A stretch of DNA of 64,000 nt from a virus. Lineage: Duplodnaviria; Caudoviricetes. Position 1 is the first letter of the stretch. Every line of letters starts with the position of its first letter. The notes beneath the pieces were generated by a model, which saw only the letters and a program-made list of their open reading frames with translations, was not told the DNA's origin and did no database searches. The stretch spans positions 32,001 through 96,000 of IMG/VR virus record IMGVR_UViG_3300021387_000036. The stretch is one strand, 5' to 3'. Below, piece after piece: positions 1 through 9,941 of this stretch. Made by a program: the position numbers and the translations under genes.

Positions 1-191
1 AGTTTTGCACAGAAATTTTCATTTCCATGCAGTTCTAACTCATTAACATTATAAATATTAATTAACTCCATAACTGCATTTGGAAAATCTTCTAACTTAA
101 CTAATCTTAACTCTTCTGTTTCAAATCTATCATTTAAGACGTATATCTTTTGATTTACATCAAAAGGTCTTATATAACTTGCAAGTTTCAT
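1..191 (-). CDS. Hypothetical protein, truncated by window edge (MKLASYIRPFDVNQKIY...)
   Basis: GGAGG RBS then ATG at 191; frame is open to position 1. Confidence 0.7.
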   Translation of the reverse strand, partial: MKLASYIRPFDVNQKIYVLNDRFETEELRLVKLEDFPNAVMELINIYNVNELELHGNENFCAK

Positions 192-202
192 AATTATCCT
201 CC

Positions 203-577
203 TTACTCACATTCAATTACCGCCTGATCATATGGGAATAAATAATAACAAAAAGCTTCTCCATCTATTTTTATCCAAATTTCAAAAGCTACTCCATCAT
301 CAGCTCTATCTATACTTAAAATTTCCCCTCTATTAACACAACATTGTAAAACTTCTTTTGAAGCTGTATGTGCGGCGGTAGATGTTTTATTTAAGTTAAA
401 TATTGTATAATCTCTTTGGTCATGACATAACATCATAGCATATTGAACTACATCATTTTCAAAAAAATCGAATAAATCTTCTTGTTTTCTAGCTAACTCA
501 AGATGATTTAAAGGTTTTTCTTCTTTTAATACCATTTCCTTATTTGCTTCATATAAAGTGCCAGCATTTAATTCCAT
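203..577 (-). CDS. Hypothetical phage protein
   Basis: 124-aa ORF with AGGAG RBS and upstream sigmaA-like promoter. Confidence 0.75.
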   Translation of the reverse strand: MELNAGTLYEANKEMVLKEEKPLNHLELARKQEDLFDFFENDVVQYAMMLCHDQRDYTIFNLNKTSTAAHTASKEVLQCCVNRGEILSIDRADDGVAFEIWIKIDGEAFCYYLFPYDQAVIECE

Positions 578-610
578 TTATTAATCTCCTTTTTTATCTT
601 ATATATAAAT

Positions 611-639
611 ATTATATAAAAATTTTCAAAAAAAATCAA
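611..639 (-). promoter_or_regulatory. SigmaA-like (class I) promoter; representative of about 15 similar promoters in the window
   Basis: TTGATT-N17-TATAAT. The same layout occurs at 7528-7556, 9223-9251, 12198-12226, 15655-15683, 18848-18876, 19298-19326, 22072-22100, 25609-25637, 30613-30641, 31195-31223, 34620-34648, 42202-42230, 43791-43819, 62245-62273. Confidence 0.8.
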
Positions 640-665
640 GGGGATTTCATACGAAATCCCCTATT
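634..665 (-). terminator. Intrinsic terminator after nrdD, overlapping the next -35 box
   Basis: GGGGATTTC/GAAATCCCC inverted repeat followed by a T-rich tract on the minus strand. Confidence 0.7.
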
Positions 666-669
666 TTAT

Positions 670-2907
670 TTATAGATATTTTGAATGCTTTACTCTCATT
701 TCAGTTTCTTGAATTTTACCTTTATTAAAAGCTGTTAAATAATCACCTGTTAGATACCCGGTAACACGTCTAAGTCTTTGTATATTGTCGCTGCCACATC
801 GAGGACATTTACAATTTAGTTCAACCTCTCCTTGGAATCCGCAATCTAAACATGTATCTGCTGGAACATTAATTGCAAAATATGGAATGTCATGATCCAT
901 AGCATAATTAATAATAGTTTCAAGTGCTTCTAAGTTATCTTTTGCGCTTGCATCTAATTCTACATAAGTAATGCATCCCGCAGAACTATATCCAGTTAAT
1001 TGAGATTCAATATCAATTTTTTCAAAGGGATTCATTTCTTTCCATACTGGAACGTGAATAGAATTAGTAAAAAATTCTTTATCTGATACATTAGGAATTT
1101 CTCCATATTTAGCTTTAAATTTTTGCATAGCTGTATAACACGTATTTTCGGCTGGAGTGTAATAAACACCAAAATTAAGTTTATATTTTTGTTTAAATTC
1201 CACACATCTCTTTTTAAATAGTGATTCAATCTTTTTTGCTAATTCCATACCTTCTTTTGTTGTATGGTCTTTACTTATTAAAATTTGTAAACATTCAGCT
1301 AATCCTAATTGTCCGAGTGCAAGAGTTCCATGTTTTAAAGCTGAATAAATACCTTCTTCAGGTTTATATCCTCTCATAACATTATTTTCATACATAAATT
1401 TTGCGGAATTAGGATCCTGATTGCATATATATTCAAATCTTTCAATTAGCATGTCTTTAGCTTCATGTATTTTTTTATCAAGTAATTCTAAAAATACATC
1501 TAATAAAGTGTCCCCACAATCCCAAAGACCATTTTTTTCATATAATTCCTTTGCTTCCATCGCTATTGTTGGAAGAATAATAGTTACTGGACATATATTA
1601 CCTCTGCCATCTTTTCTTTGAGGATTAACTCCAGGTTCTGCATTTATATCAGCTCCGTTCGCAGTTCTACAGCCCATAGTACTGAAGTATGTCTCTGGAT
1701 CATTACGGTCATAACCTGCGTTCCCGCTCCAATCAACATTAGCATAGTTTGGATAAAGTCTTCTAGCAGTGCTTTCAAGAGCGAGTCTGTATAAATCATA
1801 GTTAGGTGTTCCAGGTTTATCATTAACACCTTTCATATATTGAAAAATTCCACAAGGGAATATACTCGTTTTATGTAATTTACCAACGCCTTTAATACAT
1901 CCTTCAAGTAATGCTTTTGTTACCATTCGACCTTCAGGTAAAGTGCAAGTACCATAATTTATTGAAGTGAATGGAAGCTGATTTCCACTTCTTGACTGAA
2001 GAGTATTGAGGTTATGATACATACCTTCAACTGCTTGTTGAGTTTCTTTAATTGTCATGTCCATGGCATATTTATATGCCTTTTCAGATAATTTTTTTAA
2101 ATAATCCCATTCAATACTTTGTATTACTTCTATTCTCTCATCAGTATTTTCTAAATATTTTAAACCATTATTGTAATGTTTCTTAAAACTCTTCCTAACA
2201 TAAGGAACCATTGTCCAATCAAGGTGACTTGCGCTAACTCCACCAAATTGCTGAAGTGATTGTAACTGGAATATTACTGCTACAAGCTGGAAAGCGGTGC
2301 TGATAGAATTAGCTGGGCGGACATCAGTCTGCCGCGTGTTAAAACCATTTGCAAGTAAATCATCAAAAGGAATAGTTAAACAGTTGTGCATACCAACTGC
2401 ATATGAGTCTAAATCATGAATATAGATTTCATTATTTAGATGATTTTCTTTTGACTTTTTGCTCATACAATAGTTCAAAGCAAAGTCTTTCATTATAACA
2501 GAATCAGCCTCGCCTTTTCTGCCTCCGAAACTTCGCTCATCAACATTCGCATTTTGATTTACGACTTCCTCAGCCAAGAGTTTTCTCTGCATTTCTTGCA
2601 TAATAGGATTTCTAATATTTCTAATCTTATTTCTTTCATCCCTATATACAATATATGCTTTTGCAACGTCTTTCCTTTTAGTAGACATTAATCCTTTTTC
2701 TACCATATCTTGTATGGACTCTACAGTATATATTTCATCAGAATTAAAAATTTCTTTTTCTATATAATCTGCGATTTTTTCAGCTTTTTCTTCTGCGTAT
2801 TCATTAACATCTTTATCAATAGCTACAAAAGCTTTTAATACTGCTTCAATAATTTTCTGTTTATTAAAAACTACAAGTCGTCCATCTCTTTTTTTAATTT
2901 TTTTCAT
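670..2907 (-). CDS. nrdD: Anaerobic (class III) ribonucleoside-triphosphate reductase with N-terminal ATP cone
   Basis: ATP cone (IKKRDGR..F..KI), IYIHDLD, C-terminal CxxC..CxxC and glycyl-radical motif RRVTGYL; start placed at the ATG after GGAGG. Confidence 0.96.
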   Translation of the reverse strand: MKKIKKRDGRLVVFNKQKIIEAVLKAFVAIDKDVNEYAEEKAEKIADYIEKEIFNSDEIYTVESIQDMVEKGLMSTKRKDVAKAYIVYRDERNKIRNIRNPIMQEMQRKLLAEEVVNQNANVDERSFGGRKGEADSVIMKDFALNYCMSKKSKENHLNNEIYIHDLDSYAVGMHNCLTIPFDDLLANGFNTRQTDVRPANSISTAFQLVAVIFQLQSLQQFGGVSASHLDWTMVPYVRKSFKKHYNNGLKYLENTDERIEVIQSIEWDYLKKLSEKAYKYAMDMTIKETQQAVEGMYHNLNTLQSRSGNQLPFTSINYGTCTLPEGRMVTKALLEGCIKGVGKLHKTSIFPCGIFQYMKGVNDKPGTPNYDLYRLALESTARRLYPNYANVDWSGNAGYDRNDPETYFSTMGCRTANGADINAEPGVNPQRKDGRGNICPVTIILPTIAMEAKELYEKNGLWDCGDTLLDVFLELLDKKIHEAKDMLIERFEYICNQDPNSAKFMYENNVMRGYKPEEGIYSALKHGTLALGQLGLAECLQILISKDHTTKEGMELAKKIESLFKKRCVEFKQKYKLNFGVYYTPAENTCYTAMQKFKAKYGEIPNVSDKEFFTNSIHVPVWKEMNPFEKIDIESQLTGYSSAGCITYVELDASAKDNLEALETIINYAMDHDIPYFAINVPADTCLDCGFQGEVELNCKCPRCGSDNIQRLRRVTGYLTGDYLTAFNKGKIQETEMRVKHSKYL

Positions 2908-2940
2908 AATATTAACCTCCAAGCATTTGAATATTTTAGG

Positions 2941-2986
2941 ATAATTAATATGATTTTTAAAGCTATCTTATTAAGTATTTTTGTCC
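2941..2986 (-). promoter_or_regulatory. Class II promoter-like motif upstream of nrdD
   Basis: GGACAAA-N27-CATAT, same spacing as copies near 34100, 52563 and 55567. Confidence 0.55.
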
Positions 2987-3561
2987 GGATATACCATATC
3001 TCCTATGCGAACTATTTTTTTAAAAAAACTATCATCATAATAATTGGTTATATGCCATTCTGTAGCTTGATGCAATCTAGTATTAAAAATATAATCATCA
3101 ATATCAGTAAGAAAACGTCTAGCTATTTCTTGACAATCTGGATCTTCTTCTCTATTTAATATATGTATCAACCTATCTTTTGCATTTGTTTCTATATAAA
3201 TTATTTTTAAATCAATATTAGTTCTATTTTCTTCTAGCATTTGTTCTACCATAATATTATTCATAGGTAAAATATTGATTTTATCTTCCTTTAGACTTTT
3301 TATGCTTAATCCATAATACCACCCTCTAAACTCTTGTGCATTAAGCATATTTCCATTTAAAACTTGTGCTAAAAAATCTTCAGATGAAAGAAAATTGTAT
3401 CCATTATCCTCACTATTTCTTTGAGGTCTTGTTGTTGATAATATTACATAATGATATTTATTTGGTTCATATTCTGACAAGTAGCGGGCGGCGGTGTCTT
3501 TCCCGCACCCGCTTGGTCCTACAATACCTAATATTTTATACATCCTTTTTTCCTCTTTCAT
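2971..3561 (-). CDS. gmk: Guanylate kinase-like nucleotide kinase
   Basis: P-loop GPSGCGKD, STTRPQR..E..GY.F and EFRGWYYG motifs. Confidence 0.85.
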   Translation of the reverse strand: MKEEKRMYKILGIVGPSGCGKDTAARYLSEYEPNKYHYVILSTTRPQRNSEDNGYNFLSSEDFLAQVLNGNMLNAQEFRGWYYGLSIKSLKEDKINILPMNNIMVEQMLEENRTNIDLKIIYIETNAKDRLIHILNREEDPDCQEIARRFLTDIDDYIFNTRLHQATEWHITNYYDDSFFKKIVRIGDMVYPDKNT

Positions 3562-6500
3562 TTTCTAACAATAAATTTCCTTGTTCATCTATATCAGTTA
3601 TTTTATAAATTGTGTGCCCTTGAGTTGAAGCGTATTTCTTTACAACAAACATATCATCCCGTCTAAATCCATTTATAATAAGCATCGTTCCTCTAGTAAA
3701 CCATCCTTTTTCTACTATCTTTTTAGTACCGTCTGGTTGAGGTTCACTTAGCTGCCGCTTATACATAGCATACATATCTCTTGTAAATTTAACAGGTACA
3801 ACTCCTTCTGTTGTTAATAATGTAATACTATGTCTACTATCATTTTTACTAATAACTGTTCCCGCTATTCTAAATAATTGATAAATTGGTACAGTTTTTC
3901 TCCAAAATGCAATTACTATTGGTTCAGGATTATGGTCAAAGAAATTTTCAATTCCATATTTTTCCTTGTTTAAATTCACTAATTCATGGTCATGATAATA
4001 AAAACATAATGCATCCATTTCCCATGCAGATAAATTTGTTTTTTTATTATACTTTTTCCATTCTTCTTTAAATAATAGTAAATTATATTCTGCTAAAGCT
4101 TCATCGTGATGTTCTTTTAACCACTCTCTAACATTATTCATATAATAATCATATATTTCTTTTTTCCATATATCTTTTTTAATAATTGAAACTCCTTCAT
4201 TTGCTTCAATATAATCATAATTAAAAATAGGATGATCTTGCATATTTTTTAAATAAAAATTTACTACATTATCTGTCATCACATAATATTCGGTATTTGT
4301 TTCTCTATCTATCCATCTATTGTTTTTTAAATCTTTATTACAATAAAATATCTTTTTTTCAAAGTCAAGAGAATTTGGAATTATTCCTTTTTCAATTAAT
4401 CCATTAAGATTAGAAAGAGTTAATTTCTTTTTTGGTTCACAGGTATAAGAAAGATAGTATGTCATATTTACAAACCTAGGCTCTTTCTTTGTTTCAAAAT
4501 CTTCCATATAATTGTCAAAAGCTCCACCTTTTATTAAAGAAATCATAGCTGGTTTTTTTATTTTTACTCTATTCATAAAATCTTTAATATTTTTATAAGG
4601 TCTGCCTTTCTTAATTATATCTATCATTTCAGAATTAACACCACTTAAAGCTTTCATTCCAAAAAGAATTTGATTATTTTTTATATCAGGTTTAAAACCA
4701 TAATCAGATTTATTAATATCTACCAATGAAACTTTTATATTATGCGCTCTAATTTCTCCTAAAGCTTTAGCTATTTTTGCATAATCAGAATTTTTCTCTT
4801 TAGCTTCAATATCTTCATTATCTATATCATTATTTTCATCAAGACTTCCGCTATTTATCATTAAAACTGCAGTATCCCAATATATAGGGTTCCACTTTGT
4901 TGCTAAATATGCAGTTTGATAACCTATAAAACTATAAGCAAGAGCATGAATATCTGAAAATGAATATCCTAATTGCGGGCGGGCAACCGCATCCCAAACG
5001 TATCTACCTGCCGCCTCACTTTTAGCTTGTTCTTTTATTTTAACTCTTAATTCTGGAATTTTTGACATTTGCTTTTTACCAATTATTTTTCGTGCTGCAT
5101 TAGCATCTTTTAATGAAAAACCGCAAATATCTTCATCCATTAAACTTTTCATTAATTGCTCTTGGGATATACCTACTCCAAATGAAACTTCAAGATACTT
5201 TTTGAAAGCTTGTTTTTCTTTATCGGATAATCCATAATGATTCATTTCAACTTCCCATGCATTTGAATCATTTTTAAAACGAACATATTTATCCATAGGA
5301 TTTTCTTCTCCATCTGGAGCCATAAGTCTAATTAAACCATTTGTATTACTAAGCTCTTGTATATCATGAGGTTGAACCTTTTTAATCCCCTGACTACCTA
5401 TATCGCTATCAAACTGAAAACAAGCCAATATCTTATTTTCATCTATATTTTTCCACACTTCTTCATTATTTATATCTATAACTTGAGGATGTAAATATTT
5501 ATTATATATTTCTCTAATTGTTAAATCTTGTTCAATTACTCCATCTTCTTTTAAGAAATATATAGTTTGTAATATCATATCTTGAACAGAAGTTAACAAG
5601 AAATCATATTTCGTCATTCCCGCAGCTTCACAATCATGTAGATCATACTGAGTTACAATCTCACCATTTGGTGCTTTCATAAAACATCCAAATTCATATG
5701 GATTACTATCAAATAAAATAACTCCTGAAGCATGAATACTTCTTGCTTTTATTAATCCTTCAATTCCTTTTATTATATCTAATAATCCTGGGTACTTTGA
5801 TACTTCTTGAATGAATAATGCAACTGGCATCCGCCCTTTATCAGGATTACCATTAACCATTTCATCTATTGTCCAGTTAAATCCTCTTTCAATAGGAACT
5901 AAACTCGCTAAATAATTTGAAGTATCTGAATCAATACCATCAAGATAATCTTCACTTCTATACCCGCGGCAAGCGGTAATTATTGCTGACTTAGCTGTTT
6001 CTGTTGAAAAAGTTACAATATGAGTTGCTCCTAAGTTAGTTCTTGATAATTCATCTATATCTTCATTGAAGTTACGTCCTCTTTCTTCTTTAATCTTTTT
6101 CATAATTAAAGGTCTTTTACTTGGACATAAGTCTAAGTCAATATCAGGAAGTTCTATTCTATCTTCATTTAAGTATCTAAAGAATGGGAGATTCCATTCT
6201 ATTGGGTCTAGCTGAGTAACTCCTAGAAGATAATGATTTAATCCTGCACATGAGCTACCTCTTCCCGCGCCAACAAGACTTCCGCAATCCCACATCATGT
6301 CAATATAATGCTGTAAAGTAATAGGATACTTAAAAATATTTGTACCAAGTTTTTCTCCTATTGTTTTCTTTACTTTTGCTTCATGCTCAAGTTCATCAAG
6401 ATAAGTTTGATTATACTTGCCTAATTCTTCTAATTTATTAACGCACTGATTTACCCAATATCTATCATACTTATTATCAGAGCGATACATTTCTGTTAAA

Positions 6501-7513
6501 ATAGGGAAGTTCTCTTTAAAATCATATTTTCTTTCTTGTTTAGGATATTCTGGAACATCAACAGATGGGATTGTCTGATTATGTCTTAAATCATATATTT
6601 CAATTTTATTAAATACTTCCATACTATTTGCACAAAATTCTTGATAGTACGTTTGTATAAATTCACCAAAAGAAGGAGTTAAATCTTCTATACAGTCATT
6701 CTCATCATGTAAGAAAGCATACTGATAAAAAGCATCTACCTCTCTATCCCCTTCGCTTGAATTAAGATATGATTTATGAACATATCTATCATTACGAGAT
6801 AAGAAATGTGAATCATCTCCTATTACAACTTTTCTTTTAAATAAATTTGCAATCTCTATAAGTTTTTGATTTGCGACAATCTGTTCTTTACTTGCGCCAG
6901 GTGCTATTTCAATATAAAAATCATCACCGAATAAATCTATATTAAAATTCATATAATTAATAATATTATTATATGAAGTTATTTCCTGTTCTTTATTTCC
7001 AGTTTTTCTTGCCTCTAACATAGCAAGAATATTTATTCCTAATTCTGAACCAATACATGCGGAAGTCGCTATTAAGTGTCCTGGATTAGACTTTATAACA
7101 TTAGAAAGCTCACTCTTTAAAGTTGGAACTCTCTCTAATCCTCTATCATAATATGAGTTCATCCATGCCACTGAACTAAGTCTCCGCAGCTGTTCATGTC
7201 CTTCTTTATCTTTTGCAATTAAAATAAAATGAGGATATTTTTGATTCTTATTTCTTTCGTCACATAAATATATCTCATTTCCTATTGCTATTTTAAAATC
7301 TTCATATTCATCTTGTAATTTACACACACGAATAGATTGGGCTAGTGTCTCATGGTCTGTAATCGCCATTCCCGCAAGCCCAATCTCTTTTCCTCTTTTT
7401 ACTAATCTATCTAATTGATTAATACTATCAACCAAACGAAAGTTTGAAGCATCTGTATGATTATGCACACTAAAACGTGGAATAATATTCATAGCTCTTT
7501 GTCTCCATTTCAT
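3536..7513 (-). CDS. dnaE: DNA polymerase III alpha subunit (family C)
   Basis: PHP domain (HNHT, AITDHE), GAGRGSS, catalytic PDIDLD, KYDFL, C-terminal OB fold; no intein visible. Confidence 0.95.
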   Translation of the reverse strand: MKWRQRAMNIIPRFSVHNHTDASNFRLVDSINQLDRLVKRGKEIGLAGMAITDHETLAQSIRVCKLQDEYEDFKIAIGNEIYLCDERNKNQKYPHFILIAKDKEGHEQLRRLSSVAWMNSYYDRGLERVPTLKSELSNVIKSNPGHLIATSACIGSELGINILAMLEARKTGNKEQEITSYNNIINYMNFNIDLFGDDFYIEIAPGASKEQIVANQKLIEIANLFKRKVVIGDDSHFLSRNDRYVHKSYLNSSEGDREVDAFYQYAFLHDENDCIEDLTPSFGEFIQTYYQEFCANSMEVFNKIEIYDLRHNQTIPSVDVPEYPKQERKYDFKENFPILTEMYRSDNKYDRYWVNQCVNKLEELGKYNQTYLDELEHEAKVKKTIGEKLGTNIFKYPITLQHYIDMMWDCGSLVGAGRGSSCAGLNHYLLGVTQLDPIEWNLPFFRYLNEDRIELPDIDLDLCPSKRPLIMKKIKEERGRNFNEDIDELSRTNLGATHIVTFSTETAKSAIITACRGYRSEDYLDGIDSDTSNYLASLVPIERGFNWTIDEMVNGNPDKGRMPVALFIQEVSKYPGLLDIIKGIEGLIKARSIHASGVILFDSNPYEFGCFMKAPNGEIVTQYDLHDCEAAGMTKYDFLLTSVQDMILQTIYFLKEDGVIEQDLTIREIYNKYLHPQVIDINNEEVWKNIDENKILACFQFDSDIGSQGIKKVQPHDIQELSNTNGLIRLMAPDGEENPMDKYVRFKNDSNAWEVEMNHYGLSDKEKQAFKKYLEVSFGVGISQEQLMKSLMDEDICGFSLKDANAARKIIGKKQMSKIPELRVKIKEQAKSEAAGRYVWDAVARPQLGYSFSDIHALAYSFIGYQTAYLATKWNPIYWDTAVLMINSGSLDENNDIDNEDIEAKEKNSDYAKIAKALGEIRAHNIKVSLVDINKSDYGFKPDIKNNQILFGMKALSGVNSEMIDIIKKGRPYKNIKDFMNRVKIKKPAMISLIKGGAFDNYMEDFETKKEPRFVNMTYYLSYTCEPKKKLTLSNLNGLIEKGIIPNSLDFEKKIFYCNKDLKNNRWIDRETNTEYYVMTDNVVNFYLKNMQDHPIFNYDYIEANEGVSIIKKDIWKKEIYDYYMNNVREWLKEHHDEALAEYNLLLFKEEWKKYNKKTNLSAWEMDALCFYYHDHELVNLNKEKYGIENFFDHNPEPIVIAFWRKTVPIYQLFRIAGTVISKNDSRHSITLLTTEGVVPVKFTRDMYAMYKRQLSEPQPDGTKKIVEKGWFTRGTMLIINGFRRDDMFVVKKYASTQGHTIYKITDIDEQGNLLLENERGKKDV

Positions 7514-7552
7514 ATTTTTCTATAAATATTATACTATATTTTTTTATAAAAA

Positions 7553-7738
7553 TCAAAGATCTTTTTGTCTATTATCAAGTTCTTGTATTAAACATTTATA
7601 ATAATCCCATTCAGGATAAGACTGTGGAGGTTGATTATGATTATATATTTTATTTTTAATATTATTGATTGCAGATAGTAATTCACCATAAGTTAGCTGT
7701 TGTAAATTTTCATATACTTGTGGAGTTATTATCATCAC
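7553..7738 (-). CDS. Small hypothetical protein
   Basis: 61-aa ORF with AGGAG RBS, in operon context. Confidence 0.6.
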   Translation of the reverse strand: MMIITPQVYENLQQLTYGELLSAINNIKNKIYNHNQPPQSYPEWDYYKCLIQELDNRQKDL

Positions 7739-7748
7739 TCTCCTTTTC

Positions 7749-8942
7749 CTACCTCACAATAACAACTTTATTTTCGGCTCTGGTTATAGCGGTATATAAC
7801 CATTTTTTATGTTCATCTTCTTTATAAGGGAATTTTTCTTCTATTACTAATACGTTTTTCCATGAACTACCCTGTGCTTTATGACAAGTTATTGCATATG
7901 CAAAAGTAAAACTATAAGGAATTAAATTTGCATATTTAGGATTTTTACCTAATATAAATCTCTGCTTAGGTGTTAAGTAATTTTCTCCTTTAGTGATTAA
8001 TTTTTTATCTATATTTAAAGTTCCAAAGTTATCACCAGTTTCAGAAATAAATTCTCCCATATAAATAGGAATTTCATTAAATGGAACTTTAGCAAACGGA
8101 GGGGTGTATACAAAAGATTCAAAAGGATTATGAAAATATCCTATAACACCATTCGTTAAAGCATTACCATTTTCTGAAAAGGTTTCCCATGAGTTATTTA
8201 AATTGATTACTTTGTCACCATCACATAGCTCTCCTTCATGTCCTAAAAGCTGTCTCATTTGATTATTGATATTTATCCTCGTTGCATTAGTTGCGCAAAG
8301 AATAATATCTGCCCATTGTAACATACCTGTATTTAATTCTGTTTTAGGAAGAACAATAGCATCATCTGATTTAAAGTTATCTATAGGCTCACCATTTCTT
8401 ACTTTCATACTAAGCTGAATAATACCGCTATCCGCTTCTTGTCTCATAATTTCACTAAGGAAAATATGAGGATTATCTAGTAAGTGATTATCGTCATCTT
8501 TATTTATTGGCGGCAACTGCCCTGGATCCCCACAGAATACAATATATACATCTTTATATTTTAATAGCCTTTCTGCCATTTTTGCAGGCAGCATACTACA
8601 TTCATCAACTATAATAATTTTATATTCAAGTTCAGTTTTAGGTTTAAAAATAAAAGTTCCATCAGACTTTGGAATAGCTTCGTACATAAGTCTATGTGCT
8701 GTCATAGCATTTTTATTACCTTTATCAATAAGAACTTGAGCTGCTTTTCCAGTGTATGCGCAAAAACATACATCTTCCTCTTCTTCTATCCCCTGTGCGG
8801 AAAGCGCGTCTATGATAAATCGGACTAGAGTACTTTTACCTGTACCGGCATACCCGCTGATTACAGTATAATGCTCATGATTTTTGTATCTATTTAATAC
8901 TATTTCTAAACCTTTCTGTTGATCTTTAGTAAGTTCCATCAA
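7749..8942 (-). CDS. RecD/Dda-like superfamily 1B DNA helicase
   Basis: Walker A GYAGTGKS, IVDECSM, GDPGQLPP, YAITCHKAQGS, LYTAITRA. Confidence 0.92.
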   Translation of the reverse strand: MMELTKDQQKGLEIVLNRYKNHEHYTVISGYAGTGKSTLVRFIIDALSAQGIEEEEDVCFCAYTGKAAQVLIDKGNKNAMTAHRLMYEAIPKSDGTFIFKPKTELEYKIIIVDECSMLPAKMAERLLKYKDVYIVFCGDPGQLPPINKDDDNHLLDNPHIFLSEIMRQEADSGIIQLSMKVRNGEPIDNFKSDDAIVLPKTELNTGMLQWADIILCATNATRININNQMRQLLGHEGELCDGDKVINLNNSWETFSENGNALTNGVIGYFHNPFESFVYTPPFAKVPFNEIPIYMGEFISETGDNFGTLNIDKKLITKGENYLTPKQRFILGKNPKYANLIPYSFTFAYAITCHKAQGSSWKNVLVIEEKFPYKEDEHKKWLYTAITRAENKVVIVR

Positions 8943-9193
8943 TCATGTTCTCCCATTGCTTCATCTAAAATTTCACCAAATTTTAAAATATCTCTTTGCA
9001 TTACATGGAAAGCTGAATCTGGAGAAATTTGTTTTTCTCTTATCTCCAACCTAGCCATAGCTTCTCTAGCTCTTATATATCTATACATTAATGAATCATA
9101 CATATATCCCTTACAATGGGGATTATTTTTAACTATTTCATTAACCGTATCTTCATTTAAAGTTAAAGTTATTGTTTTATTTGTAGTTAGCAT
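8939..9193 (-). CDS. Hypothetical protein
   Basis: 84-aa ORF with RBS and class I promoter; stop overlaps the helicase start. Confidence 0.7.
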   Translation of the reverse strand: MLTTNKTITLTLNEDTVNEIVKNNPHCKGYMYDSLMYRYIRAREAMARLEIREKQISPDSAFHVMQRDILKFGEILDEAMGEHD

Positions 9194-9262
9194 AATATTA
9201 CTCCTTTTATTTTTATATAAATATTATAACATATTTTTTTATAAAAATAAAAAAGTGGAGTG

Positions 9263-9311
9263 AAAAAGTTGAAAACCACTTTTTATCTGGATTGCGACCA
9301 TTTTCACTCCA
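9263..9311. repeat. Dispersed ~50-bp intergenic repeat, copy 1
   Basis: Aligns with 61160-61209 (TGGAGTG.AA..GG.CGC.A.C..CA.ATAAAAA.TGG.TTTCAACTTTTT on the minus strand). Confidence 0.7.
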
Positions 9312-9406
9312 ATCAATTAATATGTAATTACCCCACTCCATTACATTGCACTCCTCGCCCAAAATTATCACTACCTAATAGATAGGGGAGTGTCTCCCTA
9401 TTAGTA

Positions 9407-9931
9407 TTAAAGAGATTCAAAAATCAATTTCTCAGGTAATATATCTTTACAAATATAAATACTTGCAAAAGATACTCCTTTTTGAACAATCTTCATATCT
9501 TTATCTCGATAATAATTAATACGTTTATCAAAAATTAATGCTTGACAATCTTTTAAATATTCAAACCTTTTTTGCCCTTGGAGTGTTGGTAGCGGCAGTA
9601 GCATAGCAAAAGGCTTATTTAATTCATACAGCCTTTTTAATATCATATCTTTTATACTGAAAGGTGGATTTGAAATAATATAATCATAATGCTCACTTGG
9701 TTCATATTCAAAAAAATTCTGTCCAGTATCAATATGACTTGGTATGACTTTAATACCATTCTTTTCAAAAACTTCTATATATTTACTTTGTCCTTTAATA
9801 TCAAAAGGACACCAAATAGTTTTATTTTTATCAATATATTTTAATATTGGTTTAACTGCTATTTCAGGAGTAAAAGTTTCATCTGATTCTTTATTTGTTT
9901 TTGCAGTTAAATAACCTATATTTAAAGCCAT
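9407..9931 (-). CDS. Small N6-adenine methyltransferase-like protein
   Basis: DETFTP, IWCPFD and catalytic motif IISNPPF. Confidence 0.8.
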   Translation of the reverse strand: MALNIGYLTAKTNKESDETFTPEIAVKPILKYIDKNKTIWCPFDIKGQSKYIEVFEKNGIKVIPSHIDTGQNFFEYEPSEHYDYIISNPPFSIKDMILKRLYELNKPFAMLLPLPTLQGQKRFEYLKDCQALIFDKRINYYRDKDMKIVQKGVSFASIYICKDILPEKLIFESL

Positions 9932-9941
9932 TCTTTATCTC

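Noticed and set aside
1-191. nrdG at the window edge
   Set aside because: The visible 63 codons have no CxxxCxxC or NrdG N-terminal motif.
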